A DNA stretch of 63,990 bases, counting the filler, from Barthelona sp. PAP020 (lineage: Eukaryota), in NCBI GenBank assembly GCA_040182905.1. It is 6 parts of 6 records of this genome, joined end to end, with 100 filler letters (N's around TTAATTAATTAA, not from the genome) between each part and the next. Parts side by side here need not be neighbours in the genome. Positions count along the whole stretch, not along the records: positions 45,886 to 57,160 come from JARQWU010000379.1; positions 57,261 to 63,990 come from JARQWU010000533.1; 4 more parts are not named here. One strand, given 5' to 3'. Numbering within the stretch: the stretch's first letter is position 1; each line of letters starts with the position of its first letter. The notes below the pieces were generated by a model. The model made no database searches. It saw nothing but the letters and a program-made list of their open reading frames with translations, and was not told the origin of the DNA. Shown one piece after another: positions 53,847 through 63,990 of the stretch. The position numbers and the translations under genes are program-made.

Positions 53847-54236
53847 TTTAAATTGTTGTATAATCGATTATTTTGAAAATACAATGAAAAAAAAATTATT
53901 GTTTATAACAACAAATGTTCAACTGTTAAAAGAATTATTGATCCTTCTTTTGTGAAGAAATGACATTTTATACGAGTAGGAACACCAATTAATAAAAACA
54001 CACCAAAAAAATTGATAATCAAAAAAAATGGCTATTGTTTTCCAAGTGCACTTCTCTGTTCAAAATAATTTCTGCTCCCCAATTGTGTTTGTAATTAAAA
54101 CAAAAGTAATTTTAAGGGAGAAAATTATGAATTGTGCCATTCTTATTCATTTTTTGTTTGATTGACAACATTCAATTTGTCGTATTTATCTCAAAAAATG
54201 TATTCAATTCCAAAAGTAATAAAGCAAATGAAGAAT

Positions 54237-56924
54237 TTATGGTTTAAAATCCAAAATTGGATCACATATTTGTCTTTTCACAGCAATTTCCGACCATTCA
54301 TTGTCAATGGTATTATAAAAAGGATTATCTGAACAATTCACAAAAGTGATTTCATCAGGTTGAAAGAATGAGATTATTGATGACTTTGTCCTCGCATTGC
54401 TTATTAATTCTTCTACATTATCAACCCATTCTTCAAAATGTGGATTTTCTTTAAAACTATCTAAATTTAACAATGTTTTGTAAATAACAACAGAACGAAT
54501 GGTTTGGGCGTGCCACTCAAAATGTTTTAATGTCTGTTCAAACAAAGATGAAAAGTTTTCCAAATTTTCCAAAATTTTGTTGGAATCTCTGGTAAACAAT
54601 AAATTCATTCTCAAAATTAGTACCAATGTGACAGAAACCATCTTTTTATTATTTTGTTCAACACAATAATCCAAACAATTACAAAACATTTCAAAACATT
54701 TGGACAAAAGATTTTCAAAATGAATTAATTTGTCAAAATGACAAACAAAAAATGAGTCAAAAATTGAATATGCAGCAAACAATATGATAATTGAACAGTT
54801 ATCAAAAATATCTGAAAAAAGATCAATGAATTCACTTGTAAACATTTCAAATTTTTCCAATCTTTCGTCAAAATCATCAAAATCATCAAATAAGTGGAGT
54901 AAATTCAAGCAATCTTTTGTAATTTGAAAAAATTGTGGTAAAAAGAGAAAGTCCTGAATGACATTGTATCCAAATTTTAAGTAAATGTTAAGCAACGTAT
55001 ATACATCTTCAATATTATCAGTTTCACAATATCTTAAACAAAATTGTAACAATAATGAAAAATTATTAACTGTTGAATGAAATGCAGGGGAATTTTCCAA
55101 ATTTTCCCATAATTTTGAAAGAATATCAAAAAAAATTGACAAATTTTCAATGCTACTTTTTTTATTTAAATAAGAAGACCATACAAGAAGACCAATTAAA
55201 TTATTCAACATATCATATCGGTCACTACTGAAACATAAAAGAAAATTATCTGTAAACATTGTTAAAATATTTTCAAAAGTTTCAACATTATTAAAACTTT
55301 TTGGAATTTCTTTGGCAATTTGAAATAAAGTCCTAATTATTGATTCCTTTACATCTACATTATCAGTATTTTCAAAATTATCAATCAAATAATTGACTAT
55401 TTCAATAAAACTACTGCTATCATAGTTGGTCAAATAATGAGGACAATATTGTTGAGTGCTATCCAGCAATTCACAACCTAACACCAAAAACAACAATTTT
55501 TCTTCTTGAGTTACTTCATCATCTTTTAAAGTGAACAGTTTTCCAATAAAATTAAATATGAAATCCATTCTATCAAATTTTTTGAAGAAATTCTTTTGAA
55601 TAAATTTGTCAAAAAATAGAAATTTTGCTAAATTTGTCATTTTACTTGTAATTTTTTCATTTTCATCATCAAAAGATCCTATAAACATTTCAAATAATTC
55701 ATTTTGGTCATTCAAAGAAAACTCATTCAAAACATAACATAATATTTCACAAATCGTTAGATTATTCATATCAAACAATGTAAACAGTTCACTGCTTACA
55801 AAACTACAGTTCTTTTCACTTACTTTTCTGACTAACAATAAAATTGAATGTTTAATAGAGCTCCTTAACATTTGATGTGTATCTTCACTCAATAATAAAG
55901 GAATGATATCTAAACTTAACACACAATTATCATCAAAATATTCGTTACTCAAAAATTCCAAACTTTCTAAATTTTTATCAATAATTTCAAAACAAATCTT
56001 TTCGTCAACATCAATTTCATACATATCAATTAATAAATGAAATAATTGGTGTAAAATTAAAGCTAAATCATACATCTTTGGATCAATCATTAAATCGACA
56101 TTACATAAACCTTCCAAAACCATTTCACTCAACAAATCAGTGATTTCTTGAGAAAAATTTAAAGGGGAACTCATGTTTAATATGTTATAAATTTGAACAA
56201 AACTTTTCAACAAAACTTCTTCATTTTCAGCACATTTCAACAACAATTCTAAAAGACCTGATAAATTCATATCTTCATCTTCATCTTTAGTAATCTGAAA
56301 GAAATCAGCAAAAATAACTAAAAAATCTAAAGCTAAATTTAACAACTCAAATTCAGATGACTCACAAAATGCTTCCAAATGTTTACAATAAACTTCAAAA
56401 TATTCAATCAAAAAAAAGTGTCTAATTCGGATAAAAGCTGGTTTTGATGAATTAAAAATACTGGAAAATATTTCAGAAAACAGATAAAAATACTTCTTAT
56501 TCAAAGAATCAAACATTATTCTCATACAATTTGTCAAAAATTCTTCCAAATCTACCAAATTAAAAGATATTATCAGCCAACTTAAAAATTTAAAAAAATC
56601 AACATAAAATACATTTTCTCTGTCATCAAAATTGTCATCAAGAATAATTCCATAAATAATTTCAGTTAATTCTTCATTTAAAATATTCTCATCACAATCA
56701 TCAACCATTGTTTTGCTATTTTTTAAAGCATGTTTAACCATGGATATAACCATTAATTTTTCCAAGGTATTAAAAGATTCATCAATTAGTGATAACACTA
56801 ACATTTTATAAAATGATGCTTCGTTATAATACTGAAATAAACTCTCTTCTTGTTCTTTATGCGTAGATCCATCTTTTAATCGCTTCAATATCAAATGTAA
56901 TTCTGTTTTTTCATGCTCATTCAT
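54237..56924 (-). CDS. Acidic HEAT/ARM-like helical protein, possibly a divergent importin-beta family member
   Basis: N-terminal HKEQEESL...FYKML...EKLMVISMVKH resembles IBN_N; size (895 aa) and helical composition fit. Confidence 0.45.
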   Translation of the reverse strand: MNEHEKTELHLILKRLKDGSTHKEQEESLFQYYNEASFYKMLVLSLIDESFNTLEKLMVISMVKHALKNSKTMVDDCDENILNEELTEIIYGIILDDNFDDRENVFYVDFFKFLSWLIISFNLVDLEEFLTNCMRIMFDSLNKKYFYLFSEIFSSIFNSSKPAFIRIRHFFLIEYFEVYCKHLEAFCESSEFELLNLALDFLVIFADFFQITKDEDEDMNLSGLLELLLKCAENEEVLLKSFVQIYNILNMSSPLNFSQEITDLLSEMVLEGLCNVDLMIDPKMYDLALILHQLFHLLIDMYEIDVDEKICFEIIDKNLESLEFLSNEYFDDNCVLSLDIIPLLLSEDTHQMLRSSIKHSILLLVRKVSEKNCSFVSSELFTLFDMNNLTICEILCYVLNEFSLNDQNELFEMFIGSFDDENEKITSKMTNLAKFLFFDKFIQKNFFKKFDRMDFIFNFIGKLFTLKDDEVTQEEKLLFLVLGCELLDSTQQYCPHYLTNYDSSSFIEIVNYLIDNFENTDNVDVKESIIRTLFQIAKEIPKSFNNVETFENILTMFTDNFLLCFSSDRYDMLNNLIGLLVWSSYLNKKSSIENLSIFFDILSKLWENLENSPAFHSTVNNFSLLLQFCLRYCETDNIEDVYTLLNIYLKFGYNVIQDFLFLPQFFQITKDCLNLLHLFDDFDDFDERLEKFEMFTSEFIDLFSDIFDNCSIIILFAAYSIFDSFFVCHFDKLIHFENLLSKCFEMFCNCLDYCVEQNNKKMVSVTLVLILRMNLLFTRDSNKILENLENFSSLFEQTLKHFEWHAQTIRSVVIYKTLLNLDSFKENPHFEEWVDNVEELISNARTKSSIISFFQPDEITFVNCSDNPFYNTIDNEWSEIAVKRQICDPILDFKP

Positions 56925-57071
56925 TAAAAGTTTTTCTTTTCAACAAAAAAAAATTTTTGTTTGGATTTATTTTATTTTTTTTACTTGCTTTGCAAAAATA
57001 AAATTGTGTGTATATTTATGTGAAAAAAAATGTGTGTAAAAGGATCAGATGATAAAAAGCTACAAAAAAAC

Positions 57072-57160
57072 TTACTTGCGTCCACGAAGACGAATAGCAA
57101 GCTTCATATCTTTGTTCATGATAGTAACACGATCAGCATGAATGGCAAGAGAGTTAGTAT
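57072..57160 (-). CDS. Histone H3-family protein, C-terminal fragment (5' truncated); absent from the ORF track
   Basis: TNSLAIHADRVTIMNKDMKLAIRLRGRK* versus canonical [29 protein letters not shown]. Confidence 0.9.
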
Positions 57161-57260
57161 NNNNNNNNNNNNNNNNNNNNNNNNNNNNNNNNNNNNNNNN
57201 NNNNTTAATTAATTAANNNNNNNNNNNNNNNNNNNNNNNNNNNNNNNNNNNNNNNNNNNN
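57161..57260. other. Artificial contig spacer
   Basis: N44-TTAATTAATTAA-N44. Confidence 0.98.
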
Positions 57261-58599
57261 AAATTTTGCTTGATTCAAATTCTGGCGCATTTCTTCACGC
57301 TTTTCTTTTTCCCTCCTTGTGAAATGTCCGCTGCGCTTCACAATTCACGTTAGGTACAAGAAAAGGTATACGAAAGCTTTTATATACGGTGTGTTATTGT
57401 ATTCACACGACAATAATAATAAATGTTTATAAAGATCTTTATTGTTCTCGGTTAGAGTTTGGGGGTACTTGCAACTGAGTCGTTTTGCGTGGATGATTCA
57501 GAACACTCTTAAAAGTAAGATAAATACTTCCACTTTAGAGGGCGGGTATTTAAAGAAAAGTGAAATACTTCATTTGGCCCATTGATTCACTTTAATATCT
57601 TCACTTATGTTCTCTTTGTAACATTTTGATATTCTTTGCTGACCTTTTTTATTTACTTGCACCCTTAATCCAAGAATTCTAACTATTCAGTGTTATTGCT
57701 TGAGCTTTTCAATTTTGATGCCCATTAATATCATAAATTGCTACAAAATTCCTTAAACACATTTATATCGTCTTTTGCTTGAAATCTGTCCACTTTGCTT
57801 CAAACATTGTTGTCGATGAAACTTTTTGTTTTGTTCTTTGCTGACCTGTGGGGTAAAATTGTTTTGTTTTTGCAAGAAATCAGTCAATTTCATTTTGTCT
57901 TCACACTTTAAATTATGATACCAATTTCTATTTGAAATTGCAAGTGAAAATCAGAAACAAATTCTACTACAGGCTTTGAATAAGATTTTTCAGTTTGATT
58001 GAACCTGTTAAAGGTGAATTTTTGACTCGCAACATGGAAATTTTTGAAAAAATTTTGCAGTTAAGAAATAATTCCAGTAAAACTCACAAAAAGGAAGAAA
58101 GAATGGCAAATTGTTTTTTGATCGTATTTTAAAATTGATTATCAAAGAAGAAAATGTGGGATTCTTCCTATTGACTGATTTTTGAAGCAAAAGAAATTTA
58201 AACTTCTAAATTTATATGAGTTTTCTTACTCTTCACCAAAGGAGGTTTGTAATCCTTGTGAATTCAGAACATTGCGGGGCTCATTATTCTGTCAAAACTT
58301 AATAATCCAATTTTTTCATCTAAAGGTTTGATTATTTCATTCAAAATAAGCTTTCCATGTGTAATTCTTTTGAAGAACTGAAAAGATTATTGTAGAACAA
58401 TCTCAAAATATGAAAAATTATGAATTTAGCTTTTTCACTTTCTGTGCCTTTTTTTTTTTTTATTTGTAATGATTTGTTGGATTTGAAAGCTACACTTTAA
58501 ATATGCTTGATGAATTATGTCCAAGAATCCAAAATGAATACTTCATTTCTGTTTATATGAACATTAGTAGTTAATCATATGTTCTTTTTCTGCATTAAA

Positions 58600-60957
58600 A
58601 TGAACACAAATAGAGTTATTTATATTTATTTGACTTTGTTAGTGGGAATTTTTTGTGTGTGCAATCCAATATCCATTATGTTTTCGAATAATGCTATTGT
58701 AAATCGAGCTAAATTTGATCAAAATGGAACACTGACTTTTTGCAATGTTATGTATTTTAATGTTACCGCTTGTCCTGATGATGTTTACTTTAAATGGACA
58801 TTTGAAGCAGCTGAAAATCAAAATTATATTCTTCATCCAAAATATTCCACTGTCTTTTCCATCAATCAACACTTATCTGCTTCAATTAATGTTGTTGTTT
58901 TGAAAGAAACTTCATATTCATTCCACTACCCTTTTTATATTACTTTTCAAGCAATGAAAGATACTTTTGTTGTAAGTAAAGTTGTGCAAGAGGTTGTGGA
59001 AGAACTTTCTACAAGTTTTGAGCCTTATTTGAATGTGGAGATAATGGTAGATTCATTGGATGTGCGGTTTACAGATTTAAATCAATATTTTTTAAATGTG
59101 TCTGCAGATTCAAATGTAAACACACCACTGTCATCGATTTTATCTTATTTTTATATGCTCTTTCCTCAACAAGTATGTGATCAAAAAAAAATAGACGCAT
59201 TTTTTACTTTTTTGTTTGTTAAAGATGAGAAATTATTTGGTGATTTTACTCCTTTATTGATGAAATATGAGCATCTTGTTGAAAAGCAAACATTTTTAGT
59301 TGAATCTGCATCATCTATTATGATTCATTCTCCCAATTCCAATAATGTTTCATCTACTGAAAATGTTATTGTATGTGCCAGTAGTGTTGCTTGCAATAAC
59401 ATTCGTTTTAATGGGAGTTTTCCTGAAGTTGTTGTTATTTCTAATTTGTCTGTGTCTGTATATGAAAAACTTTGCATCCAATCTGTACCTGCCAAAAGTA
59501 TGTTTCAAAAGTTGGTGTTCACAGCATATTGTGAAAGTGATTCAGGATATTTGTTTGGTTCTATTTCATTTGATGTTTATCAACCTCCTGATTCGATTAC
59601 TCTTCATGTGACACCTTCAAGTGGGTTCAGTTTTCAAACAAATTTTACTTTTTGGGTGGCAAATTATCCTTCCACGGCGTTATACTACACATGGACTTTT
59701 TTTGTGTGTGGCAGAGAGGAAATTTTTCACTTCATATCAACCACAAACAACCCAACGTTGACAACTCAACTTTGTGGATGCCATTTATCTAAAAATGGAG
59801 AAGTGGCGATTCATTTTGTTCAGGTTACTGCTGTTACATCAACAGGAAAAGTAAGTGCAGAAGTTGATGTGGGAATTTCAAATTTATTATTTGATAATAG
59901 ACAACTTGAAAAAATGGTTTTTGATGCTAAAAATGACATTAAGAACATAAACACTTCAGATATTGGAGATTCTGCCATAAAAATTATTAATTATATTGAT
60001 CGAGTACACATGCAAGCAAATAAAACTGGAATATTTGACGATGAGAGGTTAGCTTATGAAGTTGAACAACTTGTACCTCTATTAGAGGAGATGAGCGAGA
60101 AAATTTTCAATGCTCAAGACTCCATTACATTCATTAACACCCTTCAATCTCTTAGCAAATTTGGTTTGAAGGTTAGACCAGCTATTAAGATCTTGAATCT
60201 GATGAAGCAACCAATAAATTTTTCTGATACTGAAAGTTTTCAAAATATTGTTAAAACATTGGTCAATTTGAGAACAAATGTTATGAATTCTTCATTTCAA
60301 GAGGAAATCAAGATAAATGAAGTGTCAAAAGAAATATTAAACGAAATTGCCTTCATGTCTTTGAAAACACTCACATTTAATCAATCAATCGTTTTCTCTG
60401 AGGCTGATATTGAAATGAAAGTTATGGCACTCAAAATTGAAGATGTTTTTCAAGATATTATTCTTGATACAGGAATTGTTTCCCTCCCTCCAAGCCTTCT
60501 AAGGACAGTTAATAGTTCTTTTGTCGGTGTTAAAACACTTTCTTTGTCCAATCATTTTGCTGTTGGTTATGACAGAACAAATGTTGTTGATGTTTCAATT
60601 TTTGCAGACAATAGAGTCCTTTCTGTTGATAATATGGAAGAATTTGTTGAAATCAGAATTAAAGGAAAAGGCATTTGTCAATATTATAATGAAACTAATA
60701 ATGAATGGCAAATGAATGGTGTTTCAAATTTCAAAGAAGAAGAAGAAATTACCATTTGTTTGACCAATCATTTGTCAATTTTTGCATTAAAAATTAAGCT
60801 TTCAAGACATACAACTCATCCTTTATATCTGACATTTGTTGTTGTTCCTGTTTTTGCTGTTGCTATTTGGCTAAGATTGAAACAACCAAAAAAACAGAAC
60901 AATGATGATGCTCAATTTCTTCTTCCAAATGATGATATTTTTGAAAGCAATGTATAA
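58600..60957 (+). CDS. Single-pass surface protein: signal peptide, REJ-like region, GAIN/GPS, one TM helix, short tail
   Basis: Hydrophobic leader; VTPSSGFSFQTNFTF is REJ-like; CQYYN...EW...NG...CLTNHLSIFA is a GPS; TM PLYLTFVVVPVFAVAIWL. Start at 58600 or 58579. Confidence 0.8.
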   Translation: MNTNRVIYIYLTLLVGIFCVCNPISIMFSNNAIVNRAKFDQNGTLTFCNVMYFNVTACPDDVYFKWTFEAAENQNYILHPKYSTVFSINQHLSASINVVVLKETSYSFHYPFYITFQAMKDTFVVSKVVQEVVEELSTSFEPYLNVEIMVDSLDVRFTDLNQYFLNVSADSNVNTPLSSILSYFYMLFPQQVCDQKKIDAFFTFLFVKDEKLFGDFTPLLMKYEHLVEKQTFLVESASSIMIHSPNSNNVSSTENVIVCASSVACNNIRFNGSFPEVVVISNLSVSVYEKLCIQSVPAKSMFQKLVFTAYCESDSGYLFGSISFDVYQPPDSITLHVTPSSGFSFQTNFTFWVANYPSTALYYTWTFFVCGREEIFHFISTTNNPTLTTQLCGCHLSKNGEVAIHFVQVTAVTSTGKVSAEVDVGISNLLFDNRQLEKMVFDAKNDIKNINTSDIGDSAIKIINYIDRVHMQANKTGIFDDERLAYEVEQLVPLLEEMSEKIFNAQDSITFINTLQSLSKFGLKVRPAIKILNLMKQPINFSDTESFQNIVKTLVNLRTNVMNSSFQEEIKINEVSKEILNEIAFMSLKTLTFNQSIVFSEADIEMKVMALKIEDVFQDIILDTGIVSLPPSLLRTVNSSFVGVKTLSLSNHFAVGYDRTNVVDVSIFADNRVLSVDNMEEFVEIRIKGKGICQYYNETNNEWQMNGVSNFKEEEEITICLTNHLSIFALKIKLSRHTTHPLYLTFVVVPVFAVAIWLRLKQPKKQNNDDAQFLLPNDDIFESNV

Positions 60958-61057
60958 TTATTCGAAAAATTGGTTAGAAAGTAAATTTATTTGATCATTA
61001 TTTTTTTTTTAAAAAAAAGAAATTGTTTAAACAACATTTCAATTTTACTTTTTCTAT

Positions 61058-63673
61058 TCAACTAATTTTGAAACACTTCCAACAGTTTCCTGTACCTCCA
61101 ACAAAATAAAGATTGGCAATTGGCATAAAACTACCACACCATATGTCAGAAATACCAGTTTGAACAGTAACTAACTCTTCATTTGTGCAATTTTCCAAAT
61201 TTATATGATATACTGAAAGTTCACCATTCCAAAATGCAACGGCGATCATATCTTTGCTAACGAAAATTGGGTTGCGCATATTCTTACCATTACTGTGAAC
61301 ACTAATGACTTTTCTTCCATTTTGCACATTAAAACCTTTCAAATAATTGCTGTTTGAACTGAACATTACTGTTTTGCTATCTAAAGAAAAACCAACTCCT
61401 CTTAACCCAGATGATGAATCTTCAAATTCTCTCACAACACTCAAATCCTGAGAACTTAAGAGCATACATTTGGTATCATCAGTTGCAGCAGCTATATAAC
61501 GTCCATCATTGGAAACAGCCAATCTCCAAACATACTTTTCGTAAGGTTTCTGATGACAAACTATCTCGTTTCTCTTGATGTTATATTTGGAAATTCTTCC
61601 ACCATTATTACCTCCTTCACCAATGAATAAGTGCTCACTATCAATGGAAAAGCATGCAGCATTAATACGACCTGCACCTAGCGACAAAGTCTGGCAAATA
61701 TTAAAATTGTTTTGCATATCAAAAATGGTAATTTTGGAGTTACCATCAACACTTGCCAGATATTTGTTATTTCGGCTGAAATCAATACAAGGAATAAAAC
61801 TGTCCAAAGTGTGTGTGCGAATCAACTCAAACGAACAATTTCTTTGTTCATGAATAATCCGATAAATACAAAGCTTTTTGTCATCACTACACGAAGCAAA
61901 ATATCGTTGGTCAAAAGAAACAGCAGTGCAAAATATTTTCTGTGAATGAGAAGTGTCATCTGTGTGAATTAAATTCAATCCCATATTTTCACAAAAAGGC
62001 ATTTCACTCCAATTGACTATTGTATTGATGGATTGAAAATTACTTTCAATGGTGTTTTTTCGAATAGTATCATTGTTTACGGGGTTGATTGCTTTGTTTC
62101 TTTTGTTTTCATAGGGCTCAATTTTTACAATTTTTGGGCTTTCAATCCTAATAGTTTCCCTTATTTCTTCTTGATTTTCGGTAATTACTTCTTCCAAGTT
62201 TTCGATTAGAACTTCAAGATATTCAACAATTTCAGAAAACAATGGTCTTCTTTCAGGATTGGAATCGAAACATTTGGATATAAACTCATATCCAACAACC
62301 CATTCAATATTTTCAAAAGGTAAATTCCCTGTGATCAACTTGACATTCACCAAATGATTAGGGACACCTTTAAATGGTTCACATCCAGTCATAACCTCGA
62401 AGTACGTCACAGCAAATGCCCAAGAATCGATTCCCGGATGTGCTGTAGGTTTCATTTGAGTAAAAATTTCAGGTGGCATATAATGTACAGTTCCAAAAGT
62501 TGAAAGTGCACTGTTTCTTTCAAAAGATCGAATTAATCCAAAATCACAAAGAGCTATTGAACCATCATTTCTAATTAATACATTTTTTGGATTAACATCT
62601 CTGTGAATTACTCCTCTTTCATGACAATAATTAAGTACATCAGCTAATTGAATGAAACATTCAATTTTTTGAATCACAGTCATTTCAAACATTTTTTTAC
62701 TTAAAGAACAAGGGCAATATTCCATGACATATCCCCACTGTCCATTAGCACAAGTCAAACCAAAAATTCGACAAATAAACTGATGAACAAATGTTGCAGC
62801 AACACATTCATCTTTTACTTGTTGTTTTGTTGAATTGTAAGGAACCTTGATAGCAACATCACTTCGTTTATATCTGCCTTTCAAAATTGTAGCAAAACCA
62901 CCTCGTCCCAACTCTCCACAACAATTAAGTCTTTCAAAATCAATAATTGGTACATCAAAATCAGAGTTATTTCGTTGTTCTTCAATTACATTGATGTTTT
63001 TCAACATATTATTCACATCATTAACACGTTGTGTTGATTCAATTTTAGTTATTAGCAATTTTATCGTATTATTTATCTGTTGTTGATTCTTTTCCATATT
63101 TTCAAAGTTCCTATTCATTTCTTCCATTAATCTTTGATTCATTTGATATAAATGCATGGAAATTTTGTCACTAATAACATCTGGCATAATTGTCAAAGTA
63201 AATGAACTGAGCATAATGTTCAAATCTCCATTTAAAGAATCAAATCTTCGATGCAATTGACAAATTTTCTCAAGATCTCCTTTAGAAAATATAAATTTTG
63301 AAAAAAAAGTTCTTTCCAAACTTTTTTTAATAATTTTGGAAGAGGCTTGACAATTATCATGAAATTGAGATAAACATTGTTTAAATTTAGTATTATTCGC
63401 TAAAGCTGCCTCTTCAGTTAACAATTCCTCAAAAGTTGATGATAACCAAAGAATTCTAAAATATAGAACTTTAGATTCTTCTATTACTTGATCACTTTTG
63501 AATATTCCATTTGCAAGTTCTATTGCAATTTGAACAACTGGTATGTTACACTTGGATAGCAAGCAAAAGATTCCTGAAAGGTCAATATTTTGAATAATTT
63601 GCTGAAATCCATTGAAATTATTATTGGCAACATCCAAAAGAGTATTTTGAAAATTTTTAAGCGAGTTTTGCAT
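61058..63673 (-). CDS. MLKL-NTD-like helical bundle + coiled coil + protein kinase + WD40 propeller
   Basis: LGRGGFA, VAIK, HRDVNPKN, DFG, YMPPE; WD40 blades from ~aa 570; N-terminal ESKVLYFRILWL...RTFFSKFIFSKGDLEKICQLHRRFDSLNGDL pattern. Confidence 0.85.
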   Translation of the reverse strand: MQNSLKNFQNTLLDVANNNFNGFQQIIQNIDLSGIFCLLSKCNIPVVQIAIELANGIFKSDQVIEESKVLYFRILWLSSTFEELLTEEAALANNTKFKQCLSQFHDNCQASSKIIKKSLERTFFSKFIFSKGDLEKICQLHRRFDSLNGDLNIMLSSFTLTIMPDVISDKISMHLYQMNQRLMEEMNRNFENMEKNQQQINNTIKLLITKIESTQRVNDVNNMLKNINVIEEQRNNSDFDVPIIDFERLNCCGELGRGGFATILKGRYKRSDVAIKVPYNSTKQQVKDECVAATFVHQFICRIFGLTCANGQWGYVMEYCPCSLSKKMFEMTVIQKIECFIQLADVLNYCHERGVIHRDVNPKNVLIRNDGSIALCDFGLIRSFERNSALSTFGTVHYMPPEIFTQMKPTAHPGIDSWAFAVTYFEVMTGCEPFKGVPNHLVNVKLITGNLPFENIEWVVGYEFISKCFDSNPERRPLFSEIVEYLEVLIENLEEVITENQEEIRETIRIESPKIVKIEPYENKRNKAINPVNNDTIRKNTIESNFQSINTIVNWSEMPFCENMGLNLIHTDDTSHSQKIFCTAVSFDQRYFASCSDDKKLCIYRIIHEQRNCSFELIRTHTLDSFIPCIDFSRNNKYLASVDGNSKITIFDMQNNFNICQTLSLGAGRINAACFSIDSEHLFIGEGGNNGGRISKYNIKRNEIVCHQKPYEKYVWRLAVSNDGRYIAAATDDTKCMLLSSQDLSVVREFEDSSSGLRGVGFSLDSKTVMFSSNSNYLKGFNVQNGRKVISVHSNGKNMRNPIFVSKDMIAVAFWNGELSVYHINLENCTNEELVTVQTGISDIWCGSFMPIANLYFVGGTGNCWKCFKIS

Positions 63674-63893
63674 GAAAAAAAGTTTTTTCAGTGTTCATTC
63701 TTTCTTTTCTTTTTTTCCCCAAATTTCGTTTCCTGTTCATTTTTTTTTTTTACGAGATTCTGTATAGATATTTTATAAATTACAACATTCAGGATTCTTT
63801 TGAAATATTGAAAAAAGGAAAAAGATGAAAACCAATTAATTTATTTTAAACCAAGGAAATATGCCGAATTGAATGAAAACAACATCAAAAAAT

Positions 63894-63990
63894 TTAATTT
63901 TCTTCATCATTCAAATAATTCTTGATAATACCATCAATAACTGCATCTGCTGTGACTTCAGGTTCAATAGGCATATCAAGGTCAGGTAAG
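63894..63990 (-). CDS. 3' end of a gene extending beyond the window
   Basis: LPDLDMPIEPEVTADAVIDGIIKNYLNDEEN* is open to the window edge. Confidence 0.55.
   Translation of the reverse strand, partial: LPDLDMPIEPEVTADAVIDGIIKNYLNDEEN

Noticed and set aside
57261..57560. Structured ncRNA or bHLH-like gene start in a locally GC-richer stretch
   Set aside because: One hairpin (TTGTGAA...TTCACAA) but no recognisable RNA family motif; the minus-strand frames are interrupted by stops.
1135..63990. Non-standard genetic code (stop-codon reassignment)
   Set aside because: Conserved genes end at their expected C-termini with TAA (RPS8, H3) or TGA (SNU13), TAG also closes ORFs, and long ORFs need no readthrough.

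Overview
AT-rich, gene-dense, intron-poor nuclear DNA of a microbial eukaryote using the standard genetic code. A metamonad-like anaerobe is a weak inference from one short intron and very divergent housekeeping proteins. The window is six unlinked pieces (five of ~11.3-11.4 kb plus a partial sixth) joined by artificial 100-nt N44-TTAATTAATTAA-N44 spacers, so adjacency across spacers means nothing. Recognisable genes: MCRS1-like, CDK7-like kinase, several WD40 proteins, a PH protein, RalGAP/tuberin-like, YkuE/TMPPE-like phosphoesterase, LRR-DUSP fusion, SNU13 (one 36-nt intron), possible EBP2, RPS8, PCID2-like, NICN1-like, EDRF1-like, two paralogous kinase-WD40 proteins, a multi-TM DEK1-like pseudo-calpain, a class I PDE, an importin-beta-like protein, a divergent histone H3 fragment and a REJ-GAIN/GPS single-pass protein. 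Best leads: (1) an MLKL-like four-helix-bundle + kinase + WD40 protein and a paralog lacking that module, a candidate immune/cell-death receptor family; (2) a 209-210 bp TIR-less, hairpin-rich mobile element inserted 3' of TTTA, with filled and empty sites both visible; (3) two inverted WD40 paralogs with variable 5' and near-identical 3' parts bracketing an 11 kb block; (4) a dispersed and tandem ~320-350 bp repeat family. All homology calls are by-eye motif recognition; no database search was run.
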